A stretch of 42,404 nucleotides of DNA from a virus (Duplodnaviria; Caudoviricetes). Where the stretch lies: positions 1 to 42,404 of IMG/VR virus record IMGVR_UViG_3300020045_006171; one strand, 5' to 3'. The notes under the pieces were generated by a model. That model did no database searches and was not told the origin of the DNA. It was given only the letters and a program-made list of their open reading frames with translations. The position numbers were made by a program, and so were the translations under genes. Below, in pieces: positions 10,085 through 17,970 of this stretch. The stretch's first letter is position 1. Each line of letters begins with the position of its first letter.

Positions 10085-10899
10085 GTATTCTTATTTTTCA
10101 ATCACAACATGCTGACCCGGAGATCAATAAATATCGGGAATCGCAGAACTTTCGCCGGGCATTCCTTCGCCGTGGTATTCATGCCGAGGTATGGACAAAG
10201 GAAACGAAGATCGATGACTTCGAGTCATTCCTCGTGCTTGAAAACTACGAGTTCAATCAACTTCCTGACCTGTCGGGGTTCAAGCAGCGGAAATTCATTT
10301 GGGTGATCGACAGTCACAAAAACGCGCCGGAACTGAATAAATACATCGCACTAAATCATATCGACAAAACTCTTGTCGCGTTTAAAAATCACCTCGATCT
10401 TTTCCCTAACTCGACATGGTTCCCTCCGGCGGCACCGGCTGACCTCTGTATGCCGCTGAAGAATTGGGATAAAAAATACACAGTAGGATTCTGCGGGAGC
10501 CGTGGGAATCGCGGCGGAGAGCTTGATTCGCTCACGCATACCGCCGGACTTCATCAAGATATTTTCGTTCTCGGCGACGCAATGGTTCGGGCAATAAACT
10601 CGTACGCGATGCACTTCAATAAAAACGAGACGCCGGATGTGTTGGCTTTCCGCACGATGGAAACAATGGCATGCGGGACCATGCTTATCACCGACAAGTC
10701 GGGGAACGTCGAAGAGTTATTCGACAACGGGACGCACTTGGCTCTTTATGATACCATTAACGAAGCACAAGAATTGATTGAATACTACTCAACGCATGAA
10801 ACGGAGATGGAAGAAATAGCCGCAGCCGGTCGCGAAGAGTTTTTAGAAAAACACACATATGACAATCGGGCGAACACAATAGAGGAGCTGTTGAAATGA
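10081..10899 (+). CDS. Glycosyltransferase (CgeB / Glyco_trans_1_2-like)
   Basis: VGFCGS, FRTMETMACGTMLITD and EEIAAAGREEFLEKHTYDNRA motifs. Confidence 0.8.
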   Translation: MSILIFQSQHADPEINKYRESQNFRRAFLRRGIHAEVWTKETKIDDFESFLVLENYEFNQLPDLSGFKQRKFIWVIDSHKNAPELNKYIALNHIDKTLVAFKNHLDLFPNSTWFPPAAPADLCMPLKNWDKKYTVGFCGSRGNRGGELDSLTHTAGLHQDIFVLGDAMVRAINSYAMHFNKNETPDVLAFRTMETMACGTMLITDKSGNVEELFDNGTHLALYDTINEAQELIEYYSTHETEMEEIAAAGREEFLEKHTYDNRANTIEELLK

Positions 10900-11804
10900 G
10901 CCGATTTTCGGTAATATCAAAACTCGTTCGGCACTCCGCGTTCTCCGCGTTCATCAGCAAGAACTTCCCGGTGATTCCGGTCAATGTGGAGATTTCACCG
11001 AGTGCCGCGTGCAATGCCGCATGTCCTGAATGCTTATATATCAAGAAAGGGTATTCCAGAAGCGGATTTATGGATACCGCCCTATTGATTAAAATACTTG
11101 AGGAACTGGATTTTCTCGGAGTCAAAGCCGTGACATGGTCCGGCGGCGGGGAACCGACACTGCATCCTGATTTTGCAAAGGTGATATTAAAATGTGGGAA
11201 GATGAGTCAGGGGCTTTTCACGAACGCGAAGGCGGCGCCGGAATATAACCCGCTTTGGTTCGACTGGATCCGTGTCACGCTCACCGAAAACGGGGAGAAC
11301 GCTCCGATAGAGAACATAAAGAAACTGCGTTCGTGCCCGACGCTCGGAATCTGCATCAACGTGAAAAACGATGACCGAGAGGCGATAGAGCGCGCACTGA
11401 AAATCGGTGAGGATGTCGGTGCTGATTACGTCCAGGCTCGCCCAGTGCTCAATGTTGACGGGAAAACAACCGATATCAGCATTCCGAAGATCGACCACCC
11501 GCTTTTCGTGATGGCCGATTATAAGTTCAAAGACTGTGGCAAGCGGCACGAGTATTCGAGGTGCTATGGGTATCATTTTGTTCCGTTCATCTGGGAGAAC
11601 GGGCAGGTCGATGCGTGCGGGTATATGCGGCATAACAGCGACTATGCGCTCGGCGACCTGCAGACAGAATCGTTTATGGACATCCTTCACAAGGTTCCGC
11701 GGTGTCTACCCGTTTCTTCAGATTGTCAGGTTTGCTGCAAAAATCACGAGATAAACAAGTTCATTAATGGTATTTTAGAATCAGAGGACGTGAACTTCGT
11801 ATGA
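10896..11804 (+). CDS. Radical SAM protein with SPASM/twitch-like domain
   Basis: CNAACPEC (CX3CX2C), SGGGEPTLHP, and C-terminal C...G.V.AC...LGDL...CQVCC. Confidence 0.9.
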   Translation: MSRFSVISKLVRHSAFSAFISKNFPVIPVNVEISPSAACNAACPECLYIKKGYSRSGFMDTALLIKILEELDFLGVKAVTWSGGGEPTLHPDFAKVILKCGKMSQGLFTNAKAAPEYNPLWFDWIRVTLTENGENAPIENIKKLRSCPTLGICINVKNDDREAIERALKIGEDVGADYVQARPVLNVDGKTTDISIPKIDHPLFVMADYKFKDCGKRHEYSRCYGYHFVPFIWENGQVDACGYMRHNSDYALGDLQTESFMDILHKVPRCLPVSSDCQVCCKNHEINKFINGILESEDVNFV

Positions 11805-12541
11805 ACACTTTCAAGCCGAATCGCGGAATAGTTGAACTTTGCCTAACGTACCGGTGCAACGTGCGATGTGACAATTGTTCGAACCTTTGCACCCAAGCGC
11901 CGTTCGGCGGCGACCTTACCCCGACTGACGTTCTGTATTTCATTGATGATATCCACAACAACGGCGACCACGTCGGGCAGGTCACACTTCATGGCGGCGA
12001 GCCGGTTATGAATCCCCATATCGAAGACATTGTAAAAATGCTCGCCGAGTATAGGCACGACACCGGGTGCAAACTGTGGCTTCTCACGAACAATTCAAGC
12101 GACGCGGTTCGACGGAAAACAACATACCTGTCGTGCGAGTATGACATCCCGCTCGGGATTAGCACAAAGCGCGATCGGAACATGGACCGGTCGGGGAGTC
12201 CAATAAAATACGCCCAGGTGAATAACAGCCCGGCAGACCAGGGGATCGAACACGATCACGGATGTTTCCAGACATCGACGTGCGGGGTATGCTTCAACTA
12301 TCTCGGTTGGTTCCCGTGCTCTCCGGTTGCCGCAGCCGCGCGCGTGTTCGGGTACAAGGGCGTGAAGAGCATTTCACAACTGACCGACGAACAGAGCGAT
12401 CTTTATTTCCATGAACACTGCGGGTATTGCGGTTTTTCAGCGCCCGACATGATCCGAGTTTCCGAGCAGGTCACGTCAGAAACATGGCGCGACGCATTTG
12501 ATAAATACGCCTCAACCACACCGGGAGGAGTCCGAGTATGA
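11801..12541 (+). CDS. Radical SAM protein
   Basis: CNVRCDNC, GGEPVMNP, LLTN and additional C-terminal cysteines. Confidence 0.88.
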   Translation: MNTFKPNRGIVELCLTYRCNVRCDNCSNLCTQAPFGGDLTPTDVLYFIDDIHNNGDHVGQVTLHGGEPVMNPHIEDIVKMLAEYRHDTGCKLWLLTNNSSDAVRRKTTYLSCEYDIPLGISTKRDRNMDRSGSPIKYAQVNNSPADQGIEHDHGCFQTSTCGVCFNYLGWFPCSPVAAAARVFGYKGVKSISQLTDEQSDLYFHEHCGYCGFSAPDMIRVSEQVTSETWRDAFDKYASTTPGGVRV

Positions 12542-13725
12542 CCACGCTGGGATTGAACATGATTGTCGGTCCGGGAGAAGCCGGAATATTGGAACGCTGC
12601 CTTAAATCGTTCAACGCTAAAAAGATATTCGACGAGATCGTGCTCGTGAACACATCTCTCGATGCTAAGGTTGACGAGGTCATCGAACGGTACACCGGGA
12701 GAAAATTGTACTTCCCGTGGGAGACTGAACGGTATCCTCACGGCAATTTCGGCGGCGCCCGCGATTTCGCGCGGCAGAATTCCACCACCGACAAAATCAT
12801 GTGGCTCGACACCGACGACGTTCTCCTGGAGCAGTATGCCGAAAAGTGGGAGAAAACCATCGAGCTGGTCAAAAAGGACGACCACAAAGACGTGATGATG
12901 TGGTCGATGCCGTATGCGATAATCGTTGACGATAACGGAGACCCGATCACATGGTTCCGGCGCGAGCGGATATTCGACCGTGAAAAAATCCAGTGGAGGC
13001 GTCCGATCCACGAGCTGATGTTCCCTGAATGGGACATGGTTAAAAACGCGGTATTGAACGGGATTTATATTACACATATGCCGTCGAAGCCGACATACGC
13101 CAGCGCGATCCGGAACGTGAAGATACTGGAAAACGAGTTCTATAATCACGACGACGGCGATGTGCAGACGAAGTATTTCCTCGGGCGCGACTACATCTTC
13201 ACCGGCCAGGCTGAAAAAGGTATCGGGCTTCTCGAAGAAATCACGCAGGATATGGCCGTCAGCTATGAAATGCTCTACGCGATTGCAATGGAGTTGGTCT
13301 GGTTCTATTCCTATGGGTGCAGCAACCCACGGCCGCAAATCGACTTTTTCAAGAAGGACAGCATCACGAAAACCGAAGGCTGGGCGCGTCTCGCTATTGC
13401 CTTCGCCCCAGAGTATGCCGAACCGTGCGTCGTTCTCGGGGACGTGTACTGGCACCGCGGGGATGTGAATGCCGCGAAAAGGATGTACACGGTCGCCATG
13501 AAAAAGCATCTCGGCGTAGGGAAATTTCAGAGCCCGCCGATGTACGCCGAGATTCCTGCCGAGCGGCTGACGCGGGTGAACTGTTACCATAAGAGTTTCG
13601 GTATGGCGCTGCATTATAACCGTGTGGCGCTGAGTCTGAACAGGCTGCCGGAGTATATCCAGGCCCGGCGTGAGCTGGTGAAATTCGTCAACGAGGAGCT
13701 GCAAAATGAGTTCAGCGAGAACTAA
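12538..13725 (+). CDS. GT2 glycosyltransferase with TPR-like C-terminus (SunS-like architecture)
   Basis: LNMIV..E...LERCLKS, NFGGARDFA, WLDTDD, RERIF, PIHE, RNVKILE and YFLGRDY motifs, then helical repeats. Confidence 0.85.
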   Translation: MTTLGLNMIVGPGEAGILERCLKSFNAKKIFDEIVLVNTSLDAKVDEVIERYTGRKLYFPWETERYPHGNFGGARDFARQNSTTDKIMWLDTDDVLLEQYAEKWEKTIELVKKDDHKDVMMWSMPYAIIVDDNGDPITWFRRERIFDREKIQWRRPIHELMFPEWDMVKNAVLNGIYITHMPSKPTYASAIRNVKILENEFYNHDDGDVQTKYFLGRDYIFTGQAEKGIGLLEEITQDMAVSYEMLYAIAMELVWFYSYGCSNPRPQIDFFKKDSITKTEGWARLAIAFAPEYAEPCVVLGDVYWHRGDVNAAKRMYTVAMKKHLGVGKFQSPPMYAEIPAERLTRVNCYHKSFGMALHYNRVALSLNRLPEYIQARRELVKFVNEELQNEFSEN

Positions 13726-14182
13726 TCTCCGGACGGCCCTGCGTTCGTGCATTCTCGAAATGACCGAGGCTGCCGGGTATAATCACACATACCTCGACGC
13801 GTTCGACCCGCCGAAAAACATGGAGCAGATGACCAGGTATCCGACGGTCAACATCATGCTCGGGCAGGAGCGGAGGCAGAACACGCATCTTGCCGGGAAT
13901 AACCCGCTGCTCGACATCCTTATCCCGGTACAGTTCGACGTTTTCCTGCACGATATAAACGACACGTCACTCGCGCAGGACAAGGCAATCGCCGATTTCC
14001 AGAAGTATTTCGGTGCGAACTATTACATCCGGCCGCCAGCCGGGAACCGTACTGCGTTCAACTGTATCTGGCTTGCGAGCATGATATGGGGGACTGAGCG
14101 GGAGGTTCCTAACTGCGGGGTATCAATCGACTTTGAGGTGTTCTATTCGATACGGTTAAACGATCCGAGCTTGATGATCTAA
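13706..14182 (+). CDS. Tail terminator / tail completion protein
   Basis: Position before the tail tube gene; AGYN, YPTVNIM and FEVFY.IR..DP pattern. Confidence 0.65.
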   Translation: MSSARTNLRTALRSCILEMTEAAGYNHTYLDAFDPPKNMEQMTRYPTVNIMLGQERRQNTHLAGNNPLLDILIPVQFDVFLHDINDTSLAQDKAIADFQKYFGANYYIRPPAGNRTAFNCIWLASMIWGTEREVPNCGVSIDFEVFYSIRLNDPSLMI

Positions 14183-14201
14183 CTTACACGAAGGAGGCAG
14201 T

Positions 14202-15179
14202 ATGTTGAGGCTGATGGCAAACAAAGTAACAATGGGGTTCAAGATCGAAGCGAACCCATACACCGTGGAGACGCTGACGGCCGCCGAGTACAATCAGCGC
14301 ATCTACGATGTGAAGGTGTCTCCGGACATCGAGAGTTATGCACGAAAACTCGCGCGCGGGGATTACTCGCGGGACACGTCTATTTCCGGAAAACGGAAAT
14401 GCACGGTGACGTGCTCGATTGACCTGTACCCCGGCGCGACAGTTTCCACCGCCCCGCAGTATTTTGCGATGATTCGCGCGTGCGGGTACAAGCAGACGGC
14501 GCACGGTTCGACCGGGATCAGCCTGGTCCCCCACGCCGATTACAACCGTGTTCCGGGGACCATCGAGGTCGCGTACCCGGAAGAGGGGACCGTACCAAAG
14601 CATATCGTTATCCGCACCCGTGGTGCAATGGGTAAGCTCAAGATCGAAAGCGCGCAGGTCGGCCAGCCCATCAAGATCAACTTCGAGTTCACCGGCGTGC
14701 TCGACGCGGTAACGACACGGGCCTATGCGTCACTTCTGACCCCGACGAACTGGGATACGGCGCTTCCCCCGGCGGTCCTGGCGGCGACGTTCTCGCTGTT
14801 CGGCACCTGGCAGTTCCCCTCGAAGTGGTCTATCGACGGCGGTGAGGATGTCCAGTGCTTCCTCGATTCCAGCAAGGCAGCCGGATACGAGGGCTCGCGC
14901 GTGGTTGACCGGAATGTCACCGGCGACGCCGATCCTGACATGGTAGTGCCGTCAGACGTGGACTATTACACGAACCAGATCAACAATTCAACCGGCGCCC
15001 TGTCCGTGACTATCGGAGGCGCGGTTCCGTTCTACATCACCGCCCCGGCCGTCCAGATCGTTGGAGCGAACAATCCGGAGACACGCGAGGGACATCTTGC
15101 GAACCCGCTGAAGCTGGAGTATAAGCGCGGGACGTATGGCAACGACGAATATGAACTCTTGCAAGGGTCCAAAACGTAA
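14202..15179 (+). CDS. Major tail (tube) protein
   Basis: AAGGAGG RBS; KIE..Y..E, MIRACG, GAM.K and FEFTG motifs; precedes the chaperone and tape measure genes. Confidence 0.8.
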   Translation: MLRLMANKVTMGFKIEANPYTVETLTAAEYNQRIYDVKVSPDIESYARKLARGDYSRDTSISGKRKCTVTCSIDLYPGATVSTAPQYFAMIRACGYKQTAHGSTGISLVPHADYNRVPGTIEVAYPEEGTVPKHIVIRTRGAMGKLKIESAQVGQPIKINFEFTGVLDAVTTRAYASLLTPTNWDTALPPAVLAATFSLFGTWQFPSKWSIDGGEDVQCFLDSSKAAGYEGSRVVDRNVTGDADPDMVVPSDVDYYTNQINNSTGALSVTIGGAVPFYITAPAVQIVGANNPETREGHLANPLKLEYKRGTYGNDEYELLQGSKT

Positions 15180-15214
15180 TCACACACCTTAACAAAGTGG
15201 AGCCGAGTACCATC

Positions 15215-15646
15215 ATGGAAACGAAAAAAGTAATCATCAGCAAGGAATATCTTGAACGGATTCGCGGGTTTACTGCCATCAGGCCCGACGAGACGTTCGT
15301 GTACATTCCCCTCGCATTTCGTGACCTTCCCGAAGAGATGCGACCGCGGTTCACGCTGCGGCCCATCTCCGGGGAGGCGGCATTGAGGTATTCTGACTCA
15401 ATGCGCGGGGAAGTCACTGTCGAGGGCGGGCGCGCGCAGGTAACCGTAAAACGCGGGGAGTACACGATAAACGTGGTCCGTGGCGGGCTTCTCGGGTGGG
15501 AAGGGTATTACGACACCAATGGAAACGTCATGCCGTTCCGTTCGGCGTCCATCGAGAACCTTCCGGTCAAGCTGCTCGAAGAGCTGTCACAGGCGATCAC
15601 CTCGCGGGCGAATCTGACCGAGGAGGAAGTGCTGGGTTTAAAATAG
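15215..15646 (+). CDS. Tail assembly chaperone (gpG-like)
   Basis: Between tail tube and tape measure; ends LTEEEVLGLK at a slippery site. Confidence 0.75.
   Translation: METKKVIISKEYLERIRGFTAIRPDETFVYIPLAFRDLPEEMRPRFTLRPISGEAALRYSDSMRGEVTVEGGRAQVTVKRGEYTINVVRGGLLGWEGYYDTNGNVMPFRSASIENLPVKLLEELSQAITSRANLTEEEVLGLK
15634..15643 (+). other. Programmed -1 ribosomal frameshift site
   Basis: In-frame overlapping heptamers G GGT TTA and T TTA AAA just before TAG; the -1 frame is open to 15978. Confidence 0.75.
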
Positions 15647-15978
15647 CCGCCCTGCTCAAAAGCGGCAGAAGCGGGCGGAACTTTCTTTGCAGTACATGCC
15701 GCGAAGACCCGGAGCGTAAAAAGGTCTGGGGATGCGAAGGGAAGACGATCATGGCGACGCCGACAATGGTTGACGACGAAGCTGGGGTGGTGACTGAATA
15801 CTGGTCCTGCCCGGTCCGGTTTATCCCTTCATCGATATGGAAGTTTTTGGAGTACCTGCATTTTTATCAGAAGCACCCTTCCGCGCCGTTCCCGAAACTG
15901 GAAGACGTGAGCGAGAGGTTCATGCAAGCCGAGCGTTTATTCGATCTTGAAATGATGAAAAATTTACAGGAGGCATAA
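15640..15978 (+). CDS. Frameshift extension of tail assembly chaperone (gpT-like)
   Basis: -1 frame open from the slippery site to just before the tape measure start; CSTC..WGC..CP motif. Confidence 0.7.
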   Translation, partial: KIAALLKSGRSGRNFLCSTCREDPERKKVWGCEGKTIMATPTMVDDEAGVVTEYWSCPVRFIPSSIWKFLEYLHFYQKHPSAPFPKLEDVSERFMQAERLFDLEMMKNLQEA

Positions 15979-17970
15979 ATGGGCGGCGACGTACTTGAAC
16001 TCGAAGCCAGGTTAAAAGACTACATCTCTGGAAACATGACATCGATCACCGACGCGCTCGAAAGGTACGGCAAGAAATTCGAGGAGGCCGGTGAGCGACA
16101 GCGTAAATCCGAAGGGCTGATGTCCACCGCTTCCAAAGACCTTGCCGATTCGTGGAACGTGGCGCGGATCGCGGTCACCGGTATGGTCGGAGCGATGGGC
16201 GCGATGGAGGTGTTCAACCGCGTGACCGGCTTTGTCAAGATGGGGCGTGAAGAGGCAAAGGAGTACATCGAGGTTGCCGCCAGAATGAAGGCGTCGCTCG
16301 GGTTTGTGTCGGCCGAGCTGAATAGTCAGGCGACGATCATCGGGAACAAACTCGTTATTGACGACGAAGAGATCAAGAAGATTCAGACGCAGATTTCGTA
16401 CTTCACGAAAAACGAAGACCAGATAAAGCGGCTGACAAAAGCGTCTCTTGATTTTTCTGCGGCAACCGGCGGAAGCGGTCTTTCTGTTGCCCGCGCGATT
16501 GAGATGAACTCCCGTGAACTGCAGCGGTATGGTATTCGAATTAACAGTGCCGAGGGAAGCCTTGAAAGAGTAGAAGAAATAATTCAGAAGGTCAATCAGC
16601 GTTTCGGTGGTCAGGCCGAGGCGGTTGCCGAGTCGAAGGATTGGTGGGATAGGTTTTCTCTTTCTGTTTCAAACGCCGGAGAAAAACTAGGTCTATTGCT
16701 TCGTGGAAAAGGCGGCGATTTAACAAAAGAATATTTCCGCAAGGTTTTGACAGAAGGAACCGTTGAAAATATCCAGGCATCATACGAGACCATTAAAAAA
16801 GCCGAAGAGGTGCTGGCATCGGAAATAGCAGAAAAACGAAAGGCGAAATATAACGAAACCATTGACGCTAATTTTAGGTCTGCCGAAGAAGCAATGCAAA
16901 GAACCGCCAGCCTTGAAGAGGCCATGTTGTCGCAGACCACCGATGGGAAAATCATCCTGCTCCAAAAACAAAAGGCCGCTGAAATTGCAATAACCGGAAC
17001 GACGGCAGAACAAAAATATTTAATCGAGCAACGATATAATATTCAAATAGACGCGCTTCGTCAACAGCAATCGAGCTTGATAGAAACACAGGAAAAGAAG
17101 AGAACGGAAGACTATAAAAAGTTCGCCCAAGACCGACTCGAAATAGAGCGCAATCTTCAGGATGCTATGCTCGCCATCCAAGACGAAAACGACGACGCGG
17201 CGAGATCGCTGCGGGAAGCGCGCATTGAATCGCTCATACGTGACGAAGATAAAGAACTCGCAAAAGAACAAATGCGGTGGGAAGACGATTTGAAAAAAGC
17301 AGGGGAAAATAAAACCGCCAAAGAATTGTTGACGAAAGCACACGACCAGCGAGTTAAAAACATCGAACTTAAAAGTAATAACGAGAAAAAGGATGCCGAT
17401 AAGGACCTCACCAAGCAGAAAATAGAAAACGCGGAAACAATCACGAGCATGACGCTCGGGACGATAAGCACCCTCGCGCGCGCTACGAAGGCCAGTGCCG
17501 GAGTGCAAAAGACAATCGATGTTGCCCAGGCTTCGGCGAACACGGCCATTGCCGTCACAAAGGCGCTCGCGGCCGGGCAACCGTGGCTTGTTCCGTTCTA
17601 CATAGCAATGGGAACTGCACAGGTCGCGCTTATCGCCTCGCAGAAATACGGTGGTGGTGGTATCGTCGGTGGCGGTTCATCGTCTCAAGGCGATGTGGTC
17701 CCGGCCATGCTGACCCCCGGCGAGATGGTGCTGAACGACCGGCAACAGGCGGCGCTTTTCAATATGCTTCAGCCGACTACGAACAACATCACGAACCGGT
17801 CGTTGTCGAATAACCAGAACATCAGTCTAAACATCTCGGTCGCGGCTGGTGGAAATTACGATATGTCGGCGGCACGACTCACGGTGGACAGTCTTGTCCC
17901 GGTTCTCGGGGACGCGCTGGTGCGGGCGAAGAATGACGGGCGGTTAAGGGATTATGAGGCTGCGAGATGA
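15979..17970 (+). CDS. Tape measure protein (663 aa)
   Basis: LELEARLKD N-terminus, RFGGQAEA, long coiled coil, and C-terminal YGGGGIV..GDVVPAMLTPGEMVL. Confidence 0.85.
   Translation: MGGDVLELEARLKDYISGNMTSITDALERYGKKFEEAGERQRKSEGLMSTASKDLADSWNVARIAVTGMVGAMGAMEVFNRVTGFVKMGREEAKEYIEVAARMKASLGFVSAELNSQATIIGNKLVIDDEEIKKIQTQISYFTKNEDQIKRLTKASLDFSAATGGSGLSVARAIEMNSRELQRYGIRINSAEGSLERVEEIIQKVNQRFGGQAEAVAESKDWWDRFSLSVSNAGEKLGLLLRGKGGDLTKEYFRKVLTEGTVENIQASYETIKKAEEVLASEIAEKRKAKYNETIDANFRSAEEAMQRTASLEEAMLSQTTDGKIILLQKQKAAEIAITGTTAEQKYLIEQRYNIQIDALRQQQSSLIETQEKKRTEDYKKFAQDRLEIERNLQDAMLAIQDENDDAARSLREARIESLIRDEDKELAKEQMRWEDDLKKAGENKTAKELLTKAHDQRVKNIELKSNNEKKDADKDLTKQKIENAETITSMTLGTISTLARATKASAGVQKTIDVAQASANTAIAVTKALAAGQPWLVPFYIAMGTAQVALIASQKYGGGGIVGGGSSSQGDVVPAMLTPGEMVLNDRQQAALFNMLQPTTNNITNRSLSNNQNISLNISVAAGGNYDMSAARLTVDSLVPVLGDALVRAKNDGRLRDYEAAR

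Noticed and set aside
12403-13752. Long antisense ORFs (449 aa here; also 1217-2008, 18663-19370, 32581-33576)
   Set aside because: Shadow frames of GC-rich genes that have clear motifs on the opposite strand.
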